A DNA stretch of 64,000 bases from the human T2T-CHM13v2.0 reference genome, Homo sapiens (GCF_009914755.1 NC_060933.1), one strand, 5' to 3'. Shown: positions 1-14,921, counted from the first letter of the stretch. Translations and numbers: made by a program. Notes: a model not told the origin generated them from the sequence alone.

Positions 1-394
1 TTTTCCTTCAAATATGCTTTTTTTAAGATCAGAGACAAGGAAATGTCTGTGAGACTTCCTAGACACTGTGGGAGCAAGACCATTTATTTGTTCATTAGTT
101 CTTCCATGTCTTACTCCCATCTGACTTAACTGACTTGAGATCTCAGAGAATGAGTTGGAATCAGGACTTCTACTTTGTCATCAGAAACACAAAGCAAGGC
201 AAATGTGAAAGTATCTTATAAATCCATACCTTTTAGAAATCTCATTTTGAAGATGAAGAAGCAGAGACTCAGACAGAGAAAGGGATTTGTGCAAGGTCTC
301 ACTGAAGGTTCATGGCCCAGGGAGGGACTTTTCCATGTCCAGCCATGGTTTTAAGACTAAATTGGCAAATTTCTCTTCCATATCTGCTCTGCAG

Positions 395-486
395 AGACCA
401 AGGTGAACAATGCGACGACATGAATAAGATCAATGGTGATGGCTGCTCCCTTTTCTGCCGACAAGAAGTCTCCTTCAATTGTATTG
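395..486 (+). CDS. PAPPA: PAPPA internal coding exon (probably exon 9), 92 nt, phase 2-1: (K)DQGEQCDDMNKINGDGCSLFCRQEVSFNCI(D)
   Basis: Acceptor tttctcttccatatctgctctgcAG at 393-394, donor GTacgt at 487. Translation matches recalled pappalysin-1; frame continues into exon 31783. Confidence 0.97.
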
Positions 487-2355
487 GTACGTCTTTTTCA
501 TTTCTTGTGGCCTTCATGAAGAAATGAACGGTGCAGAATGGTTGGTCAATGATAATGCCAACAATAGTTATGACTAAATGATGATTCACTCCTTTGTATT
601 ACACCTGTTTATTGAGTGCCTCCTACATGCCAGGCACTGTTTTCAATATCGGGAAATACAGCAGTGAAAAAACAAACAAACAAAGCAATCCCTCAAGAGC
701 TTAAGCTCTCATAGATGATGCCAATGACGGGTAACTTCTTTTGATCAAGCTTTACCTTACAAACATCCCTGCTTTTCTTCACACTAACTGTCCAGGATGG
801 GTATTACTGGAGATGTTTTAAGGCTTTTATTCCTACTTCAGAGATAAGAAAAAATCAAACGCCAGAAAAATTTCAAAAGTTGTCCAGAGTTATACAGGTC
901 AAAAGTGATTAAAGACAGAATCAGGACTTGAACCTGATTTTGTCTGATTCTCAAGCACGTGCTCAACTCATTTTGCTTTGCAACCTCCAGCCGTGATGCA
1001 GGAACCACCAAGGTCCCCTCTGCAGACTCAGAACCTTGGGCAGTCTCTCTGATCTGAGGAAGGAGGAATAGCAGACCAGCCTGTGTTTAGAAAGCAAATG
1101 TCCTTTTCCCACCTTCACCGAGTCATTTGGGAAATTTGTTTTCCTCTGCCTTCTCTTGGAGTCTGGCTGATCTTGTTGTTTCAGCCCCACTTGGGAGGCC
1201 CTGGTCAGCCCCGGGCTGGTAAACAGACAGGGGTTGGGAGGGGCAGGGGTGGAATTTTGAGCTGGTCCAGATGAGATCATACTTCCTTTAAGATGCAAAT
1301 CGATACCTGAAGATCAAAGGTCCCCCAGCTAATCCCCTGGGCTGGAGGTGAAAACTAATCACAATTCATTTGCAAGTACAAAAGACAGAGGTGCTCTATC
1401 TGAAGAGAGAAGGGGCAGTTACAAGCGGATGAAAACCTTCGTGGGAAGATTTCTCACTGACAGGCAATTTTCTAGGACTAAAGAGGAAAAGATAGCATTG
1501 CATCCTCGCATCTGCAGTGCATTACAGGGGTGCATTTAGACATTCTTTCTCCCAGTAGATTGTGAGCTCCGTGATGGTGAAGACCATATACCATGTGTCT
1601 CTTATTCAATTCTCAACACGCATTTGTTGAGCACCTACTATCTTCTTGGCACCCAGTAGGGGTTGAGCAACACAATAGAAGTGCTCTGTAAATATTTATG
1701 GTTGGAAGATAGGTAGATGCCCCAGGAGAAAAGACATGGGAGTTTCTAGGCAGGGCCTTGGGTTTTAAATTGCCAAAAAATTTTCTCTCCTCTGTTGATT
1801 TGAATATGGTCCGGTCCCTAGTAAAAGCTTGATATTAGCCTAGTGATGTGGTGGAAAGAACTTTGGATTAAAATTAGGAAAACCAGGTTCTAGTACCAAC
1901 TGTGCTGAGAACTTACATAAAGCTGGCCAAGTGGCTTCCCTAGTCTTGGCCTCAGTTTACCTACTGTAAATTTTTAAATGATTGGGTTAAGTGGTCCTAA
2001 CTCTTAACTTAAGAGCCTTACCTGCACTTCTGTTGTGTGATTTTTTGAGGTGGGTGACTGAATTCCTTCTAATTGTGAACTCTACCTGAGCCAAACTCTT
2101 ACCTTTGTCGTCATCCTTATGGCAACCAACACTAGTCCCAGACCATGCTGAAAAATATCTGCCTGTTTGACTTGCACTAATGTGGCATGTAATTTATGTG
2201 CTTCTGGAAAGAAAGTAGGATGGGGTGAAGGTAGGATATGGTACCCTGAAAGAGATGCTTGAGCCTTGACATTCATCTGCTGTGTTGATTTAGAGCTATG
2301 CAATGATCAGGAAAAATAAGGACATCTCTAATAGGTAGAAGCTCCTCATCCATGG

Positions 2356-2573
2356 AAGGGGTCTGCAAACTATGGTCCATAGGCCATAGCCAGCCTGCCC
2401 CCTGTAATTGTAAATAAAGATTTATTGGAACACAGTCACACTCATTTGCATATTGACTGTGGCTGCTTTCATGCTACAATGAGAGTTCAGTGATGACAGC
2501 AGAGATTCTATGACCCAAAGAAACTAAAATATTTATTATCTGGTATTTTACCTGTGAAGTTTATCAACCCTTG
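2356..2573 (+). mobile_element. MER58A-like hAT-Charlie MITE
   Basis: TIRs aggggtctgcaaact / agtttatcaacccttg; internal gtaaataaagatttattggaacacag; degenerate 8-bp TSD atccatgg / ttccatga. Confidence 0.85.
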
Positions 2574-2653
2574 TTCCATGAATTTGGGATATTTTATATG
2601 CTTGTTTACTGGAGCCAGGTGCAGAGAGTAGGTGAAAATTATAATGTGGTTCA

Positions 2654-2908
<255 letters not shown>

Positions 2909-3819
2909 TTATAGACTGTTGTTCTCTACCAGATTCTGTGTTCTGCTGCTGATGGTGATATTTGCTTAATACTTCTTATATACCAAGCACATTTATAAAC
3001 TCTTATTCTCGTAACAACTCTTTTACTGAACTGCTCTTTCAAAAGAGGAAATTGAGGTATGGGGTGATGATCTAAGGATACACAGTTAAATGGTGGAGCT
3101 GGAATTTAAACCCAGAGAGCCTGACTCCAGAGCTCACTGTGGTAAGCTACCTGCAAAAAAAAAAAGATAGCTCCTGGTCTTGCAGGCTTTCAGGGTGAAT
3201 GAAAAAAAACATTGCAAAACAAGTCGTATCACAAATTAATGGAATGGAATACAAAACCATCAGTGTTGTGGACAGTGTCTAGGGAAGGCTCTCTGTTACC
3301 CCTGTATGTTCAGTGGAATTTGTATTACAGGAAAGCCTTCAGCTACGCCCTTCACTGGCCACTTAAAATCTCATTATAGACACTCACAGAGATACAGGCA
3401 TCCCAGAGATCCCAGCTCCCAGGGACTACATTCCAAGGACAAATCGTGTAGCTGAAGTCTAGAAAACTATCTTCCTCCGAAAGGAACAGCTGAAAAATAG
3501 ACAGTGAATCTTTACTCCCAGCAGACCAATCTTTAATGAGTCAGAGAAGAGAGACAAGTGTGGGAGGCTGTGCTGAGGTTGACATTGTTCCCATGATTGC
3601 ATTTGTTAAGACAGTGGTCAAGATAACAGTCAGGAGATCAGGCATACCATGACTTAGATGTGTAACTTTGGCTAAGCCTCAGTGTTCTCATGTAGAAAAT
3701 GGTAAAAGCCCTAGAACCCAACAGTGGAAGATATTGACCAATATTTTTGGATACTTTCTATCAGAATTTCCTTCTTAGACTTAGGAGATAATTATTCTAA
3801 TAAGGAAGAGCCCAACGCT

Positions 3820-4283
3820 TAGTATAGAAGTTGATTATCCAAGCATCTCCTTCTCCCCGTCTTCTGGGTAGCTTGAGTGTGGGTATATACAACCTAGGCT
3901 TTCCCTCTGCCCTCCAGTCAGACACACCAACCCAAGACTTTGAATTGGAAGCTAGTAGTGATTAGACTTAGGGATACTGTAGACACCATTTTGCTGAGGA
4001 TGGTGGGAGTAGCCACATCCATACCAGCCTCCTAAGTACCAGGGAAGGCATCTAGCATCAAAGCTGAGCTAGCTATGCACAGCACCAGCTCTGGATCCCC
4101 TCACTAAACTAGTTCTGGGACCTAATCTTGGGCTTGGAATTGAGCTTCAGAGCACGCAAGCCTGGCTCTCCAGAGAGTGTTCCATACGTAACCAATATTC
4201 TTTGAACAAATTTTGCTTGTTTGTTTTGCTTAAGTTATCCAAAGTTGGTTTTTGTTGACTGTCACTCAGAATCTTGACTGAAA
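3820..4283 (+). mobile_element. MLT1 (ERVL-MaLR) solo LTR, old
   Basis: MLT1-type 3' end gcttaagttatccaaagttggtttttgttgactgtcactcagaatcttgactgaaa; 5' limit approximate. Confidence 0.6.
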
Positions 4284-4642
4284 ATTATTGCCATAAGATA
4301 ATGTGAGATTTAACCCCATTTCTAGCAAGTTGGATGTGCTTGATGCACAGATGCACATTAGCTATTACTTTTCTCTATGTGTGTTTGTGTGGAATGTTGC
4401 GGGCACAGGATACCAGCAACAACCACCATTTATGGATACCCACTAGGTGATAGGTTCTTCATACGCATCTTTGTTTTCTGTGAACTACGGGTCGTCTCTT
4501 GTTTCCGTATGTGAGATCTGAGGTCTCTTATGACATCTTAACTTGCACCAGGTCACACAGCACACAGAGGTATGATCCTCTCTCCAGTCTGAGTAGAGAA
4601 CCTGGCTTTTTCTACTCTGCCACTCTGCCTCTCCATTTGAAT

Positions 4643-4820
4643 GACTTTCTTCCTTCCACTGTTCTTTCTTTGTTCTTCTTTTCTCTTCACCCCTTCCTCT
4701 TCCCCCTTTTTCCTCTCCTCCTCCTCTTCTTCCTTCACTCCTTCTTCTGCCTCATATTCTTCTCCTTTTTCTCCTTCTCTTCCTCCACCTCTTCTACCTT
4801 CTTGTCCTTCTCCTGCTTCA
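4643..4820. repeat. CT-rich polypyrimidine low-complexity tract
   Basis: ~180 bp of almost only C/T (TTC/TCC units); explains the ORFs at 4499-4903. Confidence 0.9.
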
Positions 4821-6489
4821 ATGTAGAAGGGCTGATGTTTTCTCTGGCTTAGTAACACCAGCGTTAGGGTGGGTGACAGATTTATGGTGACATTCCCATT
4901 CACTTTTCAGAAGCCCACACATCCGGAAGTATTCCCAAGGTGCCAGTGTGTTATTATGCAACACCCTGGGGACTTCCCGTTCTCAATTTCCCACCCCTGG
5001 TGCCCTCATCCCCCAGCACATAATAAGTTGCTTGTTAAAATGAACACCACCCACATGACCTCTCAGGCAAGGCAGGCTTCATCCCTTTGCAATGTGGAAG
5101 TTATCTTGTCTTTTTTTCCCCTCTTTTAAAAATATAACATACACCAGGCCTGAGGTTTCAGTGAAAAAATGTGGTATCAGTAAAATGATAACTCTCCCCA
5201 ACAGGCACTGGCTGCAGGCATTGTTCACAGCATTGGGAATTCTGTCTCTAAAGCATTGAGTCATAAACTACAGACAGGCTGCTGATAAAAGCTGAAGGAG
5301 GTGGGATAATAGTCAAATTAGTCAGACAAAATGTGAAGGGTCCCCAGAAGGGGTTATACTGTGTAATATATCTTTAGCTGGTGCTGGAAATGTGTTACCT
5401 TCTGAGATGGAATCTAGTGCATTACAGGAGATGCAGCTGTGGAGAAGCCCTCATGCTCTGTTTTGACTTTCCACCCTGTATTCTTCAGCATAGTTGGGTC
5501 CAGTTCCCAGTTTAGATCTAGAGGCCTCCTGGCTGCAGCTTAGCACCTCAGAGCCTCAGTTTCTTCCTTTGTGAAATTAGGGAGACTGGACTGAGACTCT
5601 AAAGCTTCTTCCCTCATCTGATACTGAGGAATCTCCGATTTGTCAAACAGCTATTTAAAGGCTTTAGGTTTCAAATCCTGCCTGACGCTGATATATAGTT
5701 AAGAAAACAAAGGAAAGGGACCCCCACGTCGTCTTTCCCAGACGTGGAGGCATTCCCTGTGTGTCTCTTTTTCTCCCTCCCTCCCCACTCCTCTTCTCTC
5801 CCCTACTCCTGCCATTAGCATCACTCTGTGATCCCTGACACAGCATCCCCAGCCCTGTCCTAGAGCCAGGGCCAGTAACTCAATTAGCAACCCCCAGCCC
5901 CAGCTCCCTCCCCTCCCCTGTGAGGGACATCGAGGAGAGGAGAAGAATCGGTCTGCCTCCCCACCAGTTGCTGGGAGGGGCAGGGGTTCACCGAGCCTTG
6001 TGGCCCCTCTGTCAGGCTGCTCTGGCCTGCTCTGAGCCAAGGCGAGAAAGGAAAACAAGAAGATGAATCGCCACGTCTTCTTGGTGGAGGTTCCGATGAG
6101 ACTTTAGAACAACAGTGACTGGAAAGAAAAACAGCATCTGCTGGAGGAGAGGGGGAAGAATGGGCTCTGCTGGGAGTTGCATTTATTATTATTTTTCTTT
6201 CTAACAACGTGAAATCATAATAGATGATCCACCTCTCACCTTAAAAAAATTAAAATTAAGAAAACAAAATAAAACTTCTCCAGACTGCATGTATTCAATC
6301 AGACCTCCCTCCGTGGAAAAAGTAGTAACTTTCCCCAGAACACGTTTTTGAAATAAAGCTTCCCTTGGCTTGAAGGCAGGCCTATGAAAGAGGAAAAAGA
6401 AAGAGGAATATAGGTGGGGGTCATGGTGGTAGTGATTAAGGTGACGACGAGGGTGATAATATCTCAGCTAGGTTGGTGGCATTCTTAAC

Positions 6490-6705
6490 ACTGGAGTAAT
6501 GACATAGGGTATCCATTGTTAAGAACACGGATTCTGGGTGGAAAGCCTGTCCCTGACACTTAGCTTGTGTCGCAGTTTTTTCAATCATAAAATGGGTTAG
6601 TAAGTTCCTACTTCTTAGAATTATTGCAAGGAAAAACAAGTTTATTTTTGTAAAGCATTTAAAATGGTGACACCTGCCTGACAAGTGTTATAGATGTGTT
6701 TGCTA
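6490..6705 (+). mobile_element. MIR SINE (one of many MIR relics in the window)
   Basis: ttgttaagaacacggattctggg...cagttttttcaatcataaaatggg...tgtaaagcattta resembles the MIR core. Confidence 0.7.
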
Positions 6706-6730
6706 CTGATGCTATTATTGTCATAATTAA

Positions 6731-7034
<304 letters not shown>

Positions 7035-9214
7035 TGAATATGATTAATTCAGAAGTTATATCCATCTTCCCAGAAACCCTATGAGATAAATAATGTTATC
7101 CCCGTTTTGTAGAGGAAAAAACTGTGGTTCAGAGAGATTTAGTAACTTGCCTACAGTTACACAGAGACATAGCAGACGTGAGATTCACAGCATCTAGGCA
7201 GAGTCTACACATTTTAACCATGAAGTTATTCCATTTATTAGATACCCAGCTGTGCCAGTTTTTCTGCTAAGAACTCTTTGTAAAAATGATTTCATTCACC
7301 CTCCCAGCAACTCTGTAGAGTCAAAATAATTGCACCATTTTGCTGGTCAGAAAATTGAGGCGTTGAGAGGTTAAGTGAATATCCAAAGTCATATAGCCAG
7401 GTAGGTCAGAGAAGGAGACTTCAGAGTTTGTCTGTCTGCCCTAAAGCCTATGTCCAACTCCAGACTAACTCTTGAAATAGCCAGAGAGTGTTTCTCTTTT
7501 CCACTATTTCTGTTTGGTGCCATTGAATCACAGCAGGAAACAAAAGTGAATGCACATGTCCTTGTGCCATTTTCATGAGTCATGAAACAACAATTTTCAG
7601 TTATTATCACCCTAGAAATGTTCCATGGCATAAAGCTCATACCCCCAATGGAGGGTCATTCTGTATTTTAGGCTGTATTTTCATTTTTAACAGATCACCC
7701 TCCATTGACAGTAGCCAAATCGTTTTTTTTTTTTTTAGCATAGAATGTGTTTGGCACTTAATAAAGTTGTCATAGCAATGTTGGAGACAGAGGAGCTTGA
7801 GTTCAAATGTTTATTGGTTGCAATTACTACATGGGTCTTTTTAGGCATCTCTCAATACCTCTGAGTCTCGGTTTCCTCTTCTGAAAAATGGACGTAATTA
7901 TAACACCTATAGTTTTGTTAAGGAAAAGAATGACATAACATCTATAGAGTGTTTAGCACAATGCACAGCAGTTAGTGGACAATCAAGGATGTCAGTTAAC
8001 GCCACCTCTTCTTCCCCTTCCTCATTGCCTATCTCAATTGTGACTGATGCAAAGGCAGCCAACCCATCATCAGCAAAAATGGTCCTGAACCAAATCCTGA
8101 TGCTAAATTACAGTGGTGCCATTTGCAAAATGATCAAACCTCCTAGTTCTCAGTTTCCCCACTGTAAAATAATGAGGGAATTTGATGAGCTCCCAGGGAG
8201 CTTTCAGCTCCGATTTTTAGGATTTAAATCCCAGGTTGTTATTGTTTTAAAACTGGTACATTTTAAAAGAAATCAGGGCTTGGGGAAGAGAAAGGAATTC
8301 CTTTCACCCAAAGGGTCAAAGGGGGTCACTGAGGGGACAAAAGAGCAGGAAAAGGAGGCGATGGGGCGGAAGGCTGACGTGCGGGCAGCACCAAAGATCT
8401 GAAGTACTCAACAGGGAGGTCTGATGGATGCATTCAAACACCCTTGAGTCAGCACCGGTTAGGATCAAGCTTGCCATCCTGCCTCAGACCAAGGCTTACC
8501 ACCTCCTTTGGAAACCCGGGAGGCCTACCCCACAGAGAGGCAGGGCTGGAATGAAAAGAAACAGAACGGCCTCTGACGCCAGAAGGGAGGAATTCTAGCC
8601 CGCAGCCCAGGTCTGCTTCCTGACTCTCAGGAAGGGGTCAGGCTCAGGGAACCGACTTGGTGCTTGCTTGAATGTGAGGAATCGAGACCAAACTTTGATG
8701 TGTGCCTTTGAAAGGCAGCCAGAGTCCAAGGCAGGTGAATCTGGGTAGCCAAGAACAAGGACTTCATTGTGATATTTAAAGTGACCAGAAATTCATCTGC
8801 ACATACATGTGCCTTGATGTACATCTGTGCAGTTATGACTGAGGCGGACTGGGAGAGGGTAGAGGCCTCTAGGCTGGGTATCAGGGCCTTTTCTTAGCTC
8901 CTGGCTCTCAGTTGTTTCTTGGAGTCCATGTTGGGTTGGAAAAGACATTTAATATTCATGAGCTGTGATCTCTACTTGAAGGGAGTGCCCTGAGGGAAAT
9001 TGAAATATTAAGCAAGTGAGGGATATAGACCTAATTGTAGCCTCCTTTTCTTTTTGGACAGAAAAGTAATGTGCCTAAAATAAAATGATGGATGGGCAGT
9101 AAGGATTGTGTGAAAACCTCACTGCTAGAGCCTGCAGGAAAAAATCGGCTGCTTGCCCCAACATGTGCAGTCGGACCCAGGCAGAAGATTCTGCAAATTG
9201 GCTGCTGGATGATG

Positions 9215-9690
9215 TCATTCATTCATTTAGTTCATATTTTTTGATGCCTGCTGTATGCCAGGCACTGTGCTTGTTTCAAAGAAAACAGCAGTGAAAAAGG
9301 AAGGCCAGGGAGGTTAGGAAAATGATACAAATAATTATTTAAGTGTCATTGTGGAAAATGGCACTAAATGGAAATACTTGGAAGTATATAACCAAAGGGC
9401 CTCCTTTACATTGAGGGGGTCAAGGAGATCTCCTTGAAGATTTGACATTTAAGCTGAGACTTGAGGGTTGAGTAGGATGTGGACTCATTAGGGAGATATG
9501 GAACAGGTAACTGAGCAAGGATTGCAAGAAGTTAAGACTATTCAATTCCCAAGGCAGAGAAGAACTTTTGAAGAGGGAAAAGGAAGTCAGCATTGCTGGA
9601 CTGTAGTGAACAAAGGAGGGATGAGGCTGAAGTCTAGCAGTCTCTGATTTCTCAGGCCCTTGAGGACTATGGTGAAGCTGCTATTTACGG
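9215..9690 (-). mobile_element. L2 LINE 3' fragment
   Basis: tcattcattcatttagttcatatttttgatgcctgctgtatgccaggcactgtgc is the reverse L2 3' end; gacatttaagctgagacttgaggg further in. Confidence 0.7.
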
Positions 9691-9786
9691 CATGAAGGAA
9701 GGAGAAGTTGACTCAAGCATATACCTTCTACACTCTCTACCAAGCCCTGCCCTGGGCATAATAGCCATGTGCATGCTTGCACAGAC

Positions 9787-9993
9787 CAGGTGTCAGTAAA
9801 CCACCACCCATGGCCAACCCAGCCTGCTGCCTGTTTTCATAGACAAAGTTTTACTGAAACACAACTATGCTCCTTTGTTTACATATTTGCCACTACAAAG
9901 GTGGAGTTGAGTCATTCCAACAGAAATCTTGTATGGACCACAAAGCCAAAATATTTACCATCTGGTCCTTTACTGAAAAGTTGTTGACTGCTG
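9787..9993 (+). mobile_element. MER58A-like hAT-Charlie MITE
   Basis: caggtgtcagtaaac...caaagccaaaatatttaccatctggtcctttactgaaaagttgttgactgctg; homologous to 2356-2573. Confidence 0.85.
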
Positions 9994-10012
9994 GCAGAGG
10001 TGGATGAGTACA

Positions 10013-10326
10013 CAGTTGGCCTGTCATATCCTCAGATCCTACATCCTCAGATTCAACCAATCTCAGATACAAAATATTTGAAACTAACTGGCTAAATAAA
10101 TAACACTACGACAATTTAAAAACAGCACAAATAGAAAAAACAATAAAGTATTTCCAATGTATTAAGTTTTATGAGTAATCTAGAGCTGATTTAAAGTACA
10201 TGGTAGGGTGTGCATAGGTCATATGCAAATACTAAGGGACTTTATATAAGGGTCTTGAATATCTTCAGATTTTTGTATCCAAGGGGGTCCAGAGACCAAT
10301 GCTTCGAAGATACCTAGAGATGACTG
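10013..10326 (-). mobile_element. MER2/MER2B TcMar-Tigger element
   Basis: Termini cagttggcc...gatgactg; internal agtaatctagagctgatttaaagta...gcataggtcatatgcaaatacta is the reverse MER2 core. Confidence 0.85.
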
Positions 10327-11153
10327 TGTAAGCGGGTAAAAGTATAGCCAGTTGGGCAGAATAAGCCAGATGAGAGAGACAGCGCGAGGAGTTAGACAAT
10401 CATTTCATCCATCTCCCTCCTGAGCCTATACCAGCATAGCTATAATTTCACTGACTCCTCATGTATTTTACTTCCACATCTGTGTCCCTTACCCTTAAGG
10501 GAAGAAGCCTTGCCATCTACCCTCGTGTCCCAACATCCAGCTCGAGCCAATCATTGAGACACTGAAGCAAATGACACTCTGAGGCTAAAAAGGGTGGCCA
10601 GAGGAACCCAAACAGATGACCTTCCAAACGGTTTAGGCAGCATCCAGGATCCTCCCCTGACCAGTAGAAGGGACTGTATTGATATTTATGGAGAACCTGC
10701 TGCAGTAGCTCATTTCAAACCCACAGCACCCCTGGCTACCAGGTATTGTTAACACCACATTCCAGGTGACACAACAGAGCCCCCAAATGTTTAAGTGACT
10801 TTTGAGAATGTGGCCTCCATTCAATAAATATTTACTGAGCTGGGAAACCACCCACCAGACAAGCAAATCTTCCTGAGTGCTGCATCTTATGCCAGGCCAA
10901 CTGCCTCACACCCCACTTAACCATCCTCTTGATTTTCCCAAGGCTACGGGAAGGTAGGGGCCATTATCCCCCACTTTACACGAGGAGAAGTTCAGGCTCA
11001 AGAAGATGAAATGGCTTATTCAAAGCGGGTGCTTATTAAGTGACAGAGTTGAGATTTGAACCAAGATCTGCCCAACTTCAAAACTAAAGTCACCAGATGA
11101 CCTCCTCCAAAATATGAAACCTTTAGAACAAGAAGGAGCCAGTGAGAAATATA

Positions 11154-11472
11154 CAGTCATCCCTCAGTATCCTTGGGCGATTTCTGCCAGGACCTCTGTG
11201 AACACCAAAATCTGTGGCTGCTCAATTCCCTGATATAAAATGGAGTAGTATTTGCATGTAACCTATGCACACCTTCCTATATACTTCAAATCATCTCTAG
11301 ATTACTTCTAATACCTAATACAATGTAAATGCTACATAAATAGTTGTTATACTGTAATGTTTAGGGAATAAGGACAAGAAAAAATGTCTATACATGTTTA
11401 GTACAGATAGAATTTTATTTTGCATCTCTTGAATTCACAGATGGAGAACCCATGAATATGGAGGGCCAACTG
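11154..11472 (+). mobile_element. MER2 TcMar-Tigger element
   Basis: ta|cagtcatccctcagtatcc...gatataaaatggagtagtatttgcatgtaaccta...ggagggccaactg. Confidence 0.9.
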
Positions 11473-13399
11473 CATAGACTGCATATATTTCCACCCTTTT
11501 TCCATCTCACCATCTCAGACAAAAGTCATAATAGTATACATAACTCAAATTATTAATTTAATTAAATTAATTGGATAAAATTCACTCAAGCTTTTTCTCT
11601 ATTAATTCCACTGGTTAATCACATTAATGCTATGAGGTAGTTTTAACATTATACAGGCATTATAAGTAAGGAAATGGAGGCACAGAGATGTTACGTTCCC
11701 AGTAAGGGATTCTAGCCCTGGAAGTCTCTGGCTCTTAAGCCCTCAGGCTTAACTACTAATTTATGCTACATCTCCATCATTAAGGTTATCTAATAAAGTG
11801 TGTACTCTCAAGAGCTGAACAGCCTAGCAGCAAACAGATAATGAGAAGGGGAAACAATGCAGGAAGCTAAAGAAATCTTCACATAACAAAAGGATCCCAG
11901 GGTCTTTTTAAGAAACACTGTCTGAAGTGTTTGTTTACAGATCATTAAATACTTAACAGAGGAAGAAACTAAAAACCACTGACTTTCTCTAAGCCAATAC
12001 TGATTAAGTACCAAAGAGATGTTAACATAAAGCAAATAAGAAATTATAATAATTATTAAAGGACTGAGTTTTTTTCATTTTATCTTACTGGACAGAAAGA
12101 TAAAATAGCCCAGGTCCAGTGCCTGTCACTCTGCCCTCATGCACACGGTTGCTTTTCTCTCTCCTCCAGGCAGCAGCCATGGTGGTCCTGCAATCAGCCT
12201 AAAATGCATGTGACCAGGCTCACACTGATTATTGTCTATATTAAGCACCTGCTGCATACAAAGTTCTGTGCAATGCAGGGTTAAGCAGCAGAAACCTTTG
12301 TTAGAGGGCTGCAGAAGACAGTGGTCATTAAAGATATGAAGGGATTGGCATTAGAGGCCCCCTGGGAGCAGTGGAAAGCCTCTGGTGCAGGGGTTGGTGA
12401 GCCTGGGAAAGATTTCTGGACAGTGGGACTCAGATAAGACCAGGTTTGACACTCTGCCACTATAAAGATCCAGACAGAGGGTTTTTCTCTATACAGTGAG
12501 TGCACCAGTCCTAAAGGAAACTACTCCAGGGAAGTCACAGGGGGTGAGTGGGCAGTTCTCATCCCATAGCAAGCAGTAGTTTCTGGGCAGAGGCATAACA
12601 TGATAGGAGCAGTATTTTAAAAAAGATCAACCTCCCTGAATGGGATGCTCTTCAAGGGCCAACAAAATACTCTTGGCAAACTGACCCAAAGAGAAATCAG
12701 GGTGATTTTAGCTTTCAACAGCAGTCAGAAACCCAGCCCAAATTATCCGTAAGTTTAAATTTAACTATCAGCCGCCATTGGCAGGACTCTGAAAGGTCCT
12801 GGCTGGAGTTGGTTCCTCAGTTTAGGAGTCCAAAACCACATGTATAGCTTGAGTTCAGCCTCATTACCAAGGAAGGGTCTCCACAAGAGTCTGAAATCCC
12901 TTTTCCATTTGTCCCGTGTGCATTTTGCCAAGAGAACTTCTAAAGGGACAGGGAGGGAGGAAAAGCTGATTGACCAGCCCCGAAGCACAAGGACCACTTG
13001 TCTGCCTCAGGGTTCATCCCCCAAATACCTTTTTCCACCTGAGAAGTAGGAGTGATATTCCTGACTTCATATGATTGTTATGATATATTGTTTTATTAAT
13101 TTATAAACTTATTCATTCATCACATAGGCTTTTATTTATTGAGCACCTCTTATGTGCCAGGTTCATGCTAGACACCAAGGATGCCTGTGTTTGTGACAGT
13201 TCCTGTCTTCCAGAAAGTGATCAACAAATATTGATTATTATGGCTAACAAAAATAATAATCTAGTTCTTACTCACAAGTAGAGAGTGACCTGTCCCCGGA
13301 AGAGATTGAGCAGAAATTTGAGAATCATTCTTTAGGGAAGTCATGCATGAGATTCTATTAAATAGCATGTTCAAACAGACATATTTCAATATTTTTCTC

Positions 13400-14890
<1,491 letters not shown>

Positions 14891-14921
14891 TAAAAGAAGG
14901 ATGTATTTCTTAAGAGACAGT

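Noticed and set aside
4499-4903. 116-117-aa ORFs rich in Phe/Leu/Ser or Glu/Lys
   Set aside because: Translations of the CT-rich low-complexity tract.
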